A stretch of DNA of 62,992 nucleotides, counting the filler, from Asterionella formosa (Eukaryota): the NCBI GenBank assembly GCA_002256025.1. It is 21 parts of 21 records of this genome, joined end to end, with 100 filler letters (N's around TTAATTAATTAA, not from the genome) between each part and the next. Parts side by side here need not be neighbours in the genome. Positions count along the whole stretch, not along the records: positions 1 to 19,221 come from NKIB01003785.1; 20 more parts are not named here. The stretch is one strand, 5' to 3'. How positions within the stretch are numbered: the stretch's first letter is position 1; each line of letters starts with the position of its first letter. The notes beneath the pieces are model-generated. The model was not told the DNA's origin. It did no database searches and saw only the letters and a list, made by a program, of their open reading frames with translations. A program made the translations under genes and the position numbers. Positions 1 to 12,938 of this stretch are shown one piece after another.

Positions 1-246
1 AATCTAAGACACACACCAATGGTCACACTTGAAGACAAATTGAATCGACCGGCCCTTTTCTCTCAAGTTTACATAAAAGCAAAGCAAAAACTGCTCAATC
101 TTCACATGATAAAGCAGATTAATTTTATAATACATTTCTCATTCTTGAGCAGCAAAACAACAATTGAACCCAACCTTTAACAAAAGGTGTTCAAACACAT
201 ACTAAAGGGAGAGAGACCAGCAAATACACACCACCCTCACACAAGT

Positions 247-1769
247 ATGTCGAATCAACCAATGTCCATGGCAGAGTGCCAAGAAGCATCACATTGGGAC
301 GAAGATCACAGGCGTGCCTTGACACATTCTCATCTCCGTACCTTGAATGCACTCGAAGAAGGCGATTCGGATGATGGTTCTGCCATTGTCACTGCCAGAG
401 ATCCACGAGCCACCATACTACCTAGTGTTCCTTCGATTGCACAACAGGAGCAAAGTTCCAGAACCAGAACCTACAGTGGAGGCGATGAGGCCCTTGAATT
501 TGTGAGACCTCCCATTCTTCGAATGCGGGGAAACACTGAGATTCATACGGATGAGGAAGGGACAATGGAAAATGACGGTGAGCGCAAGAGTAATGATGGC
601 GGGTTTGGCAGAAAGAGACTGTGCATGTCCTTGCTTGTGTTGATATTGGCAGTGACAACGATTATCACTGCTTTCGTCGGTCCTTCCACAAGACACTCCA
701 TGACATTGGGCCTTTTTAAAATGCTCAAAGGGGGTGAAGCAATCATGTTGCCAAGCAACCAACAGGAACAGTTTATATTTGGAAACTCGTTGGCTGCCAT
801 ATTGGGCGACAGAGTGAATTTTCAAATCAATCTTGACGGTCTTTACACTCCAAATTACTTTCCTGTTGCAGACACACTACCAGTCCTTTGGTTGGTTCCT
901 CAGTCAGGGAATGACGTTGTCCTTAATGTTCTGCAGTATTGTTTGCGATTTACGACAGCGAGTGGAATGGGGGCCAACGATCAAGCGAGCAATGTAAGTT
1001 GTACATGCACTTTAGGGTTTCAATTCTTGAAACAGCCATAATTTTGGGTAGCTAACATGTCTCTCCTATAATCGTCCATTCTTCCAAATCTTCCATACTG
1101 AAAAAGTCCTTGGCAGTTTTGACACACCCTGACAGAGTTGCTCATTACATCAATGTCGATACAACAACATTGCTTGGCCTGGATCGAGCCGACCGCTTAT
1201 CCATGGTGGAATCAGGTCTTGCAAATGTCATGGCCACACCTCTGTTGGGTCATGCAGCACATTTGTTTGCATCCAAATTGAAAACAGGGCGTGTGTTTTG
1301 CATATTGGAGCATCCAGTGCGACGAGCCGTGGAAGCACAATATGAAAGCATGAGTGAAAACAACCCAACTGTAATGACCCTGGTTCAGTATGCTGAATCA
1401 GAGTTATTGAACGAAAATGTCTTGACCAAGGGTTTGGCCAATGTGACGATGACTGACATGGTTACCTTGGAACATGTTCGGATTGCTAAAGTGATTTTGG
1501 AACAGTATGTTGTCGTTGGATTAGCAGACTATATGGAAGAATCGTTGGAATACTTTATGGAATACTTTGGCTGGGTCCCAAATATCGAAGATTACATGGC
1601 GTGTCAAAATAGCTTTGTGAACAATCGTAAAGTTGCATATATCAATCCTGCGTCCGATGAATATTCTACATTGGCCGATCGCAACTGGGCTGACATGGAA
1701 GTGTATGAGTACGCCAAGACTTTGTTCGAGAATCGTGCCAAGAAAACTCGAATCAATGTGGCCTATTAG
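247..1769 (+). CDS. Membrane-anchored sulfotransferase-like protein, 2 exons (247-993, 1107-1769)
   Basis: GTAAGT donor at 994 and AG acceptor at 1105-1106 join ORFs 187..1041 and 1110..1769 in phase 0. One TM helix (LCMSLLVLILAVTTIITAFV). Degenerate sulfotransferase-type motifs (WLVPQSG, ILEHPVRRAV, VVGLADYMEESL, NWADMEVYEYA). First ATG at 247. Confidence 0.65.
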
Positions 1770-3774
1770 CTTAAGTTTAAGTGAGCTTGTTGAACATAGA
1801 AGCAATGTTGGCGAGGCATATGCTTCCCTTGTTCTCATAGATTTCTATCTATAAATATATATTTATTAATTCAACAGCACATGGTATCATCCTTTGGTGT
1901 GGAGTAGATACTTTTTCGGAGGCAAGAAGTGTACACCCCGGATTGGACTACATAGACTGTCATTCTAGGGTGCTGTTGTAACAATGGTAGAACAGATTTC
2001 CTTCAACTAATGTCATTTGCTTGCATAACGTCAAAGGCAAAAGGGAGATAATGGCCCCTATGTTGAAGCCCATGAGCATCAGTTTTTGTCACCACCCTTC
2101 CATCTCCTCCATGATTATGTGCATGCTGGCTGATTCCTATCATACCGGAGTTCAATTTATAATCTGCCTTTTGCCATGAGATCGATCATATATGAGGCAG
2201 TCCCGTTATTCGGTACCATGCATTTACATTCATATCTTACGAATGATTAGAACATATACTTACAACCTGGTACCCTGGTACCATGTACACGATATGTATG
2301 TAGCATCTTGCTTCCTCAACTTCACTTTGTGTCTGGCAGCCATCGGTGTACATACAGTAGTAGGTTCGCTCGTCATTGTCAGCCATTGATCGACGAATTA
2401 TACTCCTAACTAATACATACCTAAAGTACATACCAGGAGGGTTCTGTTAGTTCACCAAAGTCAGCGTCTGCTTCGCAGCACCAGTGACCCGCAGCAGACC
2501 CACAGACCCTCAAGCCAATGTACCACCAAAACCAAAGCAATGTCAATCTGTCCATCATCAGTGATTACTTACCGGTAGTCCTTTATGTACATACATGGCT
2601 GATATGATCAGCCATGTATTCAGATGCCAGGGCACTTACATAACATTTTTTTACTTGAGATTGTATGCTTATCGGGTCTCATTCCTATCATACAATTTTA
2701 TAATCTGCCTTTTGCCAGCCATGCGATAATTGTCCTCATTGCTCATCCTGCTGGTACCTGGTGCCTCCAAACCCCCAGGCTTGACATTTTACCGGAAGTA
2801 CTGCCTTGCTAGACTATAGTAAAGTGTGTACTGGTAGTCTAATAAAAGTACTACTGGTGTAGAGAAAGGTGCACATGACTCGTTAATAAAGTTGAACTTT
2901 TTTCGAGAAATCGCTAAGCAAATCCTATATAGGCAGTATCATTATTTGGTATCAAGTAACTGAACTTCAAGGTGGTCTGCATGTACATACATATCTTAGA
3001 TATAAATATAACAAATACTTACTATGTAGCATCACCCTCAGCTTTACTTTGTGTCTGGCTGCCAGGATGCATCCCTGAAAATGCTTGCCAGAAATTCTAT
3101 ACTTTTGACAAAGTTACATTTTCATCGAAACCAGCTAACCTACTGCATATGTCATGAATTTCGAAATTTGGGCTATAGTATACTACTGCTATTTATTATG
3201 ATAATCTATAATTTTCTCCTAAATAGATTTAGACACCAGGCTCAATGAAAACTCATAATAGTCGAACGCACCATGGCACTGGCCTTATAGAAAATGTGAG
3301 GTAAAGGGGGAAGGGGGGACTCATAAGCCCTTCACCGGATCTGCTAGTTCGATTGACAAAGTGCCTTTGAAAAAACTTAGTTCCGTGGATCAATGGTTTT
3401 GAGGTGCATACCAGATTAACCAAATTTGGTCAACACAAACACAAATTTTTGGGTTATGAGTACAACGATATTGCGTTGCAATAGACATATACCGGTATAG
3501 AATTTAAAAAATTATTATCATAGTGTATACTACCTGGCATACCCATTATCAGTGCGCGGTGACGGTGGGTACTGGTAGGTACTGTACCTGGTACCTCATT
3601 ATCGATGCATGTATTTCAAACATTCCCTCATGATGAATCATCATGTTCATCAGCCATACAAATCGTAAAGAAATTCGCTCCTGTATATAAATAAATATTT
3701 GATGAATGATAAATCTTCATTTTTGCTGCTCTGCTTTCCTCATTTGTTGCATTGACATGGATACGTACATCCTC

Positions 3775-3812
3775 CAATTCAATTCAATTCAATTCAATTC
3801 TGTTCTGTTCTG
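3775..3812. repeat. (CAATT)n(CTGTT)n microsatellite upstream of the PPR gene
   Basis: Read directly from the sequence. Confidence 0.8.
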
Positions 3813-3846
3813 CTCTATTCATTTATTTTTAAAGTAAGATAGATAA

Positions 3847-6216
3847 ATGTTAAGAGTAGCATCATCAATCTTCCATCAAGGAGGAAGACATGCTGTCATC
3901 TGTCGTTATCCAAAACCATTGCTCTGGTGGCGTTCCATCATGTTATCATCATCAACATCATCTCCTCCTTTGATACCACAACAATTACAACAGCCATTAC
4001 CACCACCACCAACAACAACAACAACAACAACAACATGGAATGCATCGGATTGGGAAACTGCCATTGATACGATACAAAAGTATTGGAAAGGGAATACTGA
4101 TATTGATGCTCCTACTGATAGTTCTCATGGTCAATCTCAACATTCTCAGAATGACAACACGACAAGAATGACAGAAATTTGGACACTAGTTGATCAAGTA
4201 GTACAGAAACAACATGAACAAAGAAATGATATTTTCTTGACAATTCAAGATTTGAATGGAATGGTACTCAAATGGAATCAAGACAAACAACAACAACAAG
4301 AATCATCATTGTCCGCACAAGACATTTTACAAAAAATAAATCATTACACAAGTCTTATCCCGTCATTGTACATTGATACCAACAATTACAACATACTCTT
4401 GAATGAGGCTAAGGATTATGAACTTGCCAAGGAGGTGATTCAAGTATTGTTAGTACATGGTATTGACAACACATCACGACGACCTACTACAGCATTATAC
4501 AATATTGCCATGAATGCCCTCACCAGAATGGATGATAACGGTACCTTTCAAATACATGATGCAGCCCAAAAAGGAGAGGAATTGTTACAAGAAATGAAAG
4601 ACCTGACAACCAAGGGATGGGAACATGTACTACCGAATAATGAAACGTACAGTACTCTTATTCATTTATGGCTCAACAGCAATAACAATAACGATCTGTC
4701 GGATGCTGATAATAGAGCTGTCCAACGTGCTGAGGAACTTTTGAACGAATCCAATGATTTCAGCAATGTTTCCAATTGTGTTGCAGTGATGAATGCATGG
4801 TCTAAGAAAACTGACAACGGAACGTCTGCGGATCGGTGCAACCAACTGCTCCAACATTGGAAAACACGTGCCACTACAGACGAAAAAGACGACAGTACAA
4901 ACCCACATGACACAGTATTATACGGGATAGTCATTGCGGCTTATGCAAAGAGCGGAAAAGTGAAATTGGCACAATCCTTAATGGATGAACTTCTTGACAA
5001 GTATCAGAAAACAAAAGATCCATTTCTTATCCCAGATCAAATACACTTTAGTGCATTGATCGACGGATGGGCCAAGAGTAGAGAGGAAGGAGCTCCTCAA
5101 AAAGCTGAAGCCTTGATCGAAAAAATGTTTTCCTTATCAAAAGAAACAAAGAATAAGAATTTATCGCCCAATGTTATTTCATTTTCAACCGTTATGAACG
5201 CATGGGCCAAATCCAAAGATCCAGCCGCAGCGTCGCGTGTAGAGGCCATCTTGCAAAGAATGAACACCATGGCCAAGAAAGGGTACCCCAACGTGAAACC
5301 TAATTTGAGAACATACAATACTGTGCTTGATTGCCTTGCCAATGCCAGATCCAAGGATGCGGCCGCACGAGCAGAAGCTATCTTGGATATCCTGATTGGC
5401 CGATACCACGCTGGAGAAGAAACTATGAAACCAAACACAATCTCGTTTACAACAGTCATCAAGGCCTATGCAAATAGCAGAGATCCAGATGCAGCATCCA
5501 AGGCCAATGTCATTTTTGATCGGATGAAATTGCTTGGCGTCACACCTGAGAAACGTACATTCTGCTCACTCATGTCAGCATGGGGGTATAGTCGTGATCC
5601 ACGTGCTGCATCTATTGTGGAGGATCACTTTCGTGATATGAAACAACGCTATGAAGCTGGGGATGAAAGTTGTAAGCCAGATACTGTTGCTTTTACATCT
5701 GTCATTCATGCATGGTCCATGAGCAAGGATAGATGGGCCTTGGAACGTGCATTTGACATCTTGAACGAAATGACAAAACTGGAATCGTTAGGACATGCTA
5801 ATTGTGGCCCAAATAGGATCACATACAATTCCGTCTTGAAAATTAATGCAAGAAGAAAAGTAGAGGATAAAGCAGTGGTGGCATGGAATCTTTTGAATGA
5901 AATGAAATATCGATCAATTCAACCAGACGACATGACTTTTGGATACTTACTAATGGCGTGTGCTTTCTCGTACAACTTCGATCAGTCAGTAAGGGAGCGA
6001 GCTTTCCAGATTGCAGCAATGGCCATTCAGCAAGCCCATGCTGTAACCATTGTATCACGATATACGTTTTGTTATTTCTTCCAAGCAGCCGCAGGTTTCG
6101 GTCAGGATTCAATTGTTGAAACTGTTCATAAATGGTGTTGTGAGGCCGGCTTTGAACGTGATGAATCGATACAATTAGCTTTGCAGGAGGTCGCTCCTCA
6201 TCTTGTTAGAACGTAA
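3847..6216 (+). CDS. Pentatricopeptide repeat (PPR) protein, probably mitochondrion-targeted
   Basis: Intronless 789-aa ORF with repeated PPR motifs (PNVISFSTVMNAWAKS, PNLRTYNTVLDCLANA, PNTISFTTVIKAYANS, PDTVAFTSVIHAWS). R/S-rich N-terminus lacking acidic residues. Confidence 0.92.
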   Translation: MLRVASSIFHQGGRHAVICRYPKPLLWWRSIMLSSSTSSPPLIPQQLQQPLPPPPTTTTTTTTWNASDWETAIDTIQKYWKGNTDIDAPTDSSHGQSQHSQNDNTTRMTEIWTLVDQVVQKQHEQRNDIFLTIQDLNGMVLKWNQDKQQQQESSLSAQDILQKINHYTSLIPSLYIDTNNYNILLNEAKDYELAKEVIQVLLVHGIDNTSRRPTTALYNIAMNALTRMDDNGTFQIHDAAQKGEELLQEMKDLTTKGWEHVLPNNETYSTLIHLWLNSNNNNDLSDADNRAVQRAEELLNESNDFSNVSNCVAVMNAWSKKTDNGTSADRCNQLLQHWKTRATTDEKDDSTNPHDTVLYGIVIAAYAKSGKVKLAQSLMDELLDKYQKTKDPFLIPDQIHFSALIDGWAKSREEGAPQKAEALIEKMFSLSKETKNKNLSPNVISFSTVMNAWAKSKDPAAASRVEAILQRMNTMAKKGYPNVKPNLRTYNTVLDCLANARSKDAAARAEAILDILIGRYHAGEETMKPNTISFTTVIKAYANSRDPDAASKANVIFDRMKLLGVTPEKRTFCSLMSAWGYSRDPRAASIVEDHFRDMKQRYEAGDESCKPDTVAFTSVIHAWSMSKDRWALERAFDILNEMTKLESLGHANCGPNRITYNSVLKINARRKVEDKAVVAWNLLNEMKYRSIQPDDMTFGYLLMACAFSYNFDQSVRERAFQIAAMAIQQAHAVTIVSRYTFCYFFQAAAGFGQDSIVETVHKWCCEAGFERDESIQLALQEVAPHLVRT

Positions 6217-7949
6217 AAGAAATAAAAAATATAGAATCTATAACAATTATCAGATGGTGTCAACGAACCAAATAAGAGAGAAGGGATGTATATCCTTTTC
6301 GTTGTTTGATCAACAATCCGCTTCATTCAAATGCAAAATCGGTTAGCCAAAGGCCTGTCTTGCGCTGTCCCTGGAGTCGTGGCCACGGTGCTCAAATGAC
6401 CATAACACCTTCATTTTTATAGATGCCATATTGCCCTGAGATAGATCCATTATTTATAAGAGTACAGCAGTCAGATGAACCACCTTTTTGTTTGACAAGG
6501 ATCCCTGATGGCTGCACAGCTGCGTTTGCGTTTTGTCGTGTTCTGGATATGAAGTTGGCTATCTGCATCTTGATATTAGCGGCGTTGTTCGTCATATTGC
6601 CCTTGTCAGAGATGACTTTCTGAAACTCCCGAAACTCGGTCAAGCTCATTTCTGATACTAATGCCATTGATGGCTGCTCTGTATTTTCGTGTTTTAGAAA
6701 CAAGTTGGTTAGGAGCAACCTAGAACTTCGTTGGAACGTAGGAGATGGGTTATTAGAAGGAATCATTCTATAATGGTAGCAACTTGTGCTGCGTTTCTTT
6801 GCATCAGCAGGACAACGAGAGAGTGATGGAATCAAATGAAACCCTACCGCAATCCTAGGGTATAATTCCATTTTTTACTGTTTATAGCTTTGCCTTTCTT
6901 CGTGCCTGTTTCTTTGTGAATGGGATTTACAAAGGGCCTTAATGAAAGTAATAGACTTTACTGAGTGAATAATCATTTCGGAACATATCTCTAGTAAAAA
7001 AAGTATAATATACATAGCGTTGGACATTTCAACATTGTGTCTTGGTTATCAAAATTCTCGTAACAAGAGTTTTTAAATGCTGCCCCCTTTTTAGGCCCTT
7101 GCTTACCGGTCGGGAAATCGCATTCGGGAAATGATTTACTACATTTTCTTTTTTCATTGGAATTCAAACCCGGCAGTGATTCTCCGACGCCAGCAAAAAA
7201 GGCTGTTTCCTACCGCGTAAGAATTCCATTTTGGGGGTTGTTCGAATCTTTTTGTAAAAAGCCATTCCTTTCCGCACCAGAATTCCATCACTCCTTGCTT
7301 ATTTTGGAAAAATCGACCATAGAAATTACTGGTTGCCAATGTCCGCCTTGACATACTTTTCTTTGACTTTCATTTTGCCAGTTTCTTGCAAATTAACCCA
7401 TTCCCAAGCATATCATTGCTTGTTATCACTGTTTCGCGAGAAAGAGGAGGTATGAAATTGGACAACTGATGAGTGAGATTCTGGTAGGCAAAGATGTGCA
7501 ACAATATCCAGTCTGCTGGTCGTCACTTACTTTTAGGCCTTTCCTGATGCTTGTTTCTTCAGCACCAATGTCTTTTCTTTCCTTTTGAGCGATCCTCAGC
7601 AATCAAGTCCAACACCTCATTGACTACAAAANNNNNNNNNNNNNNNNNNNNNNNNNNNNNNNNNNNNNNNNNNNNNNNNNNNNNNNNNNNNNNNNNNNNN
7701 NNNNNNNNNNNNNNNNNNNNNNNNNNNNNNNNNNNNNNNNNNNNNNNNNNNNNNNNNNNNNNNNNNNNNNNNNNNNNNNNNNNNNNNNNNNNNNNNNNNN
7801 NNNNNNNNNNNNNNNNNNNNNNNNNNNNNNNNNNNNNNNNNNNNNNNNNNNNNNNNNNNNNNNNNNNNNNNNNNNNNNNNNNNNTACAAATGAACAGTTG
7901 GTCAAGTCAATTTTTATCATTAATGCTATTCTATCTTGTGCTTTGGGTG

Positions 7950-8210
7950 TGAAATCAATTTCCCAAACATGACAAAAGTTTCCGACGAAAATCGTCTCCT
8001 TATTACCATGCCAGAAAATAACTCGTCAATCAAATTTTTCCGAAAACCATTCTTGCCCGTTCCTTGCCATGTCGGACACTTGAGTTTTCCTCATTTTGAT
8101 TTCCCAAAACTCAAAATATTTTCAGTAACATCGGAAAAATCGTCGATTTTCCTGATGCAGAGGATGATTTTCTTTGGAAACTTTTAGTCATGTTTGGGAA
8201 ATTGATTTCA
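7950..8210. mobile_element. MITE-like foldback with about 50-bp imperfect inverted repeats
   Basis: tgaaatcaatttcccaaacatgacaaaagtttccgacgaaaatc (from 7950) is nearly the reverse complement of gattttctttggaaacttttagtcatgtttgggaaattgatttca (to 8210). Confidence 0.55.
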
Positions 8211-8654
8211 TTAGAAAACAGTAATAGATTAAAAAGAAAATGTTATTTATGCTCCAACAGGTTTTTTTTGTGTGAATTGACCCAAGAACAGCACTTACCG
8301 GCCATCATTTGTTCACATCAAAGTTTTCCCGCCCCCCGAGCTCACATAATTAGGTATTAAATCACTTGAAGAGAAAGCACGGATTTCGTTATTGTCAACC
8401 CTACAATCGAAGATTCTCACATGTTCCCTTGACATACCATAGCTATCTTCTGTTCACCATTCCTTATTGTTTTCAATGAAGCCGCAAGGTATATCATTGC
8501 TCTGTAGCGTCTAACTCTGATTGCAATGACGTCAACCTCATGATGTCATCAAAACAAGAAGCGTTCACTATCAAACTGGCACGGGCGAACAAAGAAACGG
8601 CCAAAGAATACGCTTTGAAGAAGCAGCACAACCTCATCTCGGCAGAACAACAAC

Positions 8655-9090
8655 AGGATCCAGCATTCAATTCGATGCTAGAGGAGGAAAATCGGGCAAA
8701 ACAATTCATTATACCAAGAGCACATAATGACTTGATGGAATCTACTAAACTGGAGCCGCATGCATCTCAAGCAGCGCACACAACTGGAAGCATGTATACT
8801 TCTCTGAACAAGCAGTGAACAACAACTTTGGCACAAGCACAAGAACCAGCCAGCGCTCGATTCCATTCTCAAGGGCGCTGGATATTGGGCAAAACATTTC
8901 ATTAATTCCAAGCGATTACTATGACTCCATGAAATCCATCAAAATGGAGCCGGCTGCCACTCCAGATGCGAACAAGACAGGAAACATGCAAAAATCTCCG
9001 AATAAGTAGTGAAAAACACTATTGCAGCAAAAAGACCCAGCATTCGATCCCATTCTCAAAGAGGCAAAACGGGCAAAACATGTCAACAAG
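8655..9090 (+). repeat. Degenerate tandem repeat of about 190 bp (about 3 copies) within broken ORFs
   Basis: cagcattc...gggcaaaaca blocks at about 8661, 8851 and 9038. A (c/a)tggagccg block recurs at about 8750 and 8943. Confidence 0.55.
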
Positions 9091-12000
9091 GGACAAAACT
9101 AAACCATTCCAAGCAACACAAATGATTCCATGGATTTCCGCTCAACTGAGCATGACAGCTTCTGGCCAAACAAAGACAGCAGAATCTCCACCAATTTTAT
9201 AGCACAATTCCAAGGCACCTTACGGGAAAGCAGTCAAGAACCCCAGTGTGGCCGCAAACTCCTTTGCGTTCACAAGCTAAGCTTACCACTTTATTCACAA
9301 AACGAAGTTAGAAGATTGGCAAATACACCGCAAAAGCACCAATACGCACTTACCCAACTCTCATTTGCGATAGTGTATCCACCTCCTCTTCCCTGCATAC
9401 AAGCTCCCAGAGTCACCACATTTGTTGGATTGATGCCAGGCGGGTTAAGATCTACATAAGAACCCAGGCTTTGTATGCCAGGAAGCGCCACGCCGGCTCC
9501 CCTATTGACAATAGAGTATCAATAGGGCGCTTAATAATTGCATTTAACACATGGTAGTACTATGTGAAGAATTAATATGATGATGCTTTGGTCGTAGAAC
9601 CTAGTTTTGAGTACATTTTAATCGTAAACTAGATGTCACGAAATCATATGTACGTTTAGCAATGCAAAATAGATTATCATGATGCTAAAGTTGTTAAACA
9701 AAATTTATGTAAAATGATCTTATTCTTAATTGTCCATTGTCATCATTTTAGTGTTTGTATTATCATGGTGTACAGTATTCTATTCTACAAGATGAAATGT
9801 TTCAAGACAAGCACGGTTTCATCTATAAATATCATGTTCACAACTGAACCTTACAACAAGCGCAAATTTTCCTTATACTGTTGATAAAACAACCGCTCTC
9901 AGCTAGCTTTATATTCCCGTAAATTCTGTATTCAATTCTGACAGTAAGAATGACGACGATGATTCAATTGATTCCGATTCAAAAAAGGTTGCTGCTATCC
10001 AGACCACCCATAATATTCACTCTCAGTTTGTTTTCGAAAAACGTTCCAATCTAAGTGACCAAGGGACGTATCAAAGACTTTAATATGAGAAGAAGGGCTC
10101 ACAAGTCTTCATGAAATCCACAACAACCTAGAGCGTCATTGTTACTATGTAAAGTCTTGTCTGACCTGAATCACTACAAAGGGCAACATTCAGCTCAAGT
10201 CTCATCCTTACATGCTTATAATGATTCTTTCGCTTCTGTAGCGATTTCAGCAAAACGCTTCGATTTTAGTGAATATCGATCATTCTGTTAGTTGTTAGTT
10301 ATGTTTTCAAAACCAAGAAATTTTGCTGTGACCACGTAACAAGTGTACCATTATCTTTCATTCTTATTATTGATGTTTTTTAAATAAGTGGATCGCACTC
10401 ATATATATTTTTTGGCAACTCTCAAAAAGGCCATTAAGCAACCAGCCATTTCTGCATGGTTTGTCGAAATTAGAAAAATTACAACAAAATGGAGTTCCAT
10501 TACTACCGGTATCCATGATGGGAAGGCAACAGCAGCATCAGCAGCAGCTGTATACAGTACCAGATATTTGCTTGCAATATACTGTTATATCATTCATGTT
10601 TATTGTATGTTGGTACTGACTACCATGTAGTATTACGCAGATCACTATTATCTATTGTGACATAACAATGATGATGATGATGATGATGATTATCATTATG
10701 ATCATGTATATTGTTGTATGATGTTTTTGTTTTAAGTATGTATTTTGATCTTATACTTCTAAGGTTTTTTCTTTTTTAAACGTTTAAAATAATAGCTAGA
10801 AAGCATTAAATCATATGCTACTTTGATCATATAGATGTAATCAGTGTATCAGATGATTATGATTGTGACAATGTGATGATTATTAGTTGATTATTGTAGT
10901 CATAAAATAGTATGACATTAGTGTTACGATCTGTTTTCGAGTGATAGAACTAAAATAAAGACTAAATATCATTTAAGTATTGACAATCTTTTGATCGTAA
11001 ATGTATCATCAAATTTTTATATTAATGTGATTGTATTTAGATAAAATGAATCATGCAGGAACGACAATTTTCAGTCGTTGCATACCGGTACTATTAGGTA
11101 GTTCTACTCATGAGGCCTCATACATTGTGGGTACTCCCAAAGCACAACAATCTAACATGGCAAACAGAAAATCCCTCCATCACATAGCCAACATCGATAC
11201 AGACTCCAAAATAACACATGATGATGGCAACAACTGAACAGCAACGTCGAAACAGCGATAGCAGTTCTTTCAAATAAATAAGGAATAAGAATATGCTTTT
11301 ACTTAAAGGTTATGAGCAATATAATGACATTCCATAAATGAAGTTACGAATTGATTGATGTTCTAACACTGTTAAATGGTGCGTCTGATCTCAACTAGAT
11401 AAAACGGTTGTGTATGATATGCATGGCATCCGTCTGCTAGATATCAACCGACAGAGTTTGAAATTTATGGCAACCTTTGTTGTCAGGTGGTAAATTATTG
11501 AGGAAATCATCACAGAATTTTTACGAGCACTCCGTACACTCAATACACTCTGGTATGATAATGAGAAAACAATCACAAGATAAAGGCTTGAGCAAAAGTG
11601 CAAGTTGGATGTTATCAGACAAACATTCAAGTCATTGGTGTCGATTTGTAGCTGAATTACCAACTGTGCATGCTATGCGCGGTCAGCGGCACCATTCGCT
11701 TGCTGCATTAATTCTTGGTGGAATCATGATCACCACGCATTGAAACATGATAATGCCACAACAATCACGTCATAAAGGCTTCAGGAACAATACAATCATT
11801 CAAATCGTCGTCATTGCTTGAGTGTTGAAGACAGAGCGAAAACGGAATGAGTGATGATGATAATGATGATGATGAAAAGACCTTTGCTTGTGCATCATTG
11901 TATGAGGAAACTTAACTACAGGAAAAAATAAAGGAAAACAATACATATAATATTTTAAAATGAATATCCGAAAAAGGGGTTTATTTAATTTATGGTATTA

Positions 12001-12938
12001 ATCACACAGAAGCCGAAGTTTAGTACCCAATTTGGACTCAAAATTGGAATTTCGAGATGATAAATTGAAATTATGTGATGATTGTATGATTGTCATTATA
12101 AGATGCATCTCATGAATAAGATGGTTCTATTTGCAGTTATATGCATTTGCTGAACACAGGAAATCCACCTCTCCTAAGAATTTCAATATTTTCTTGTTTG
12201 GTCTGTTTCTGAGGCAATCCTGTAAATTTCTGCAGAACTAATGTAAAATAGCCCTCATTCAATTGTTTCGAAAAGTATTTTATTTGATTTGACTGATGTC
12301 CTGATCTTTGGTTTGCCCTTTATGACAACCAATTCTACTTCGATGCAATTCAATGGGAAGGGTGGATACTCTAAGGTAGTAACAGTTGTCGAAATTCTTG
12401 TCCCCTCAGGGGTTTGCTGCTTTGGTGGCCAAATACAATATTAGCGTTATTGGGAGAATTTACTTCAAAAACATGACTCAGAATGGACCCAAAAAATTTA
12501 CCGAGACAGCCACAAAAGGAGTGTCATTGATTGTGCAACTACTAGAGTCAATTCACAACAATTGTTCAAGTGCAGTGTTGCATTGACTTGTCAGCAGCCA
12601 CTTCCAACACATGTCATCCTTTGGTCAAGCAACTAGAGGTGAGCCATGAAGTGGTTTGGCTTTCCTTGAAAATATTCAATGACTTCAACTAACATGGACA
12701 AAGGCATCAGAAGGAACCATGGCAAAATTATCAAGTGCAATAATGTTCATTATTTGCTGTAACTAAAAAAAACTCCCACAAATCAGGAACTACCAGAGCG
12801 CAAGTCAAAATCTATTTCCATTAATTTAGTTGCACTACTTATTCGTTCTTGAGAATTGTGAGACAACGTCATTTCCTTGCGTCGATTGATATCACAAGCT
12901 TTCCAAATCACATCACTGTAAAGCAGAAACAACATGTT

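Noticed and set aside
2100..3070. Partial local duplications (attcctatcata..taatctgccttttgcca; catatctt..actttgtgtctggc)
   Set aside because: Short degenerate patches with no definable element.
6392..6871. 159-aa minus-strand ORF
   Set aside because: No recognisable domain and the surrounding sequence looks decayed; cannot support a gene call.
12100..12790. Possible decayed coding sequence on the minus strand
   Set aside because: Too interrupted to assign to any family by eye.
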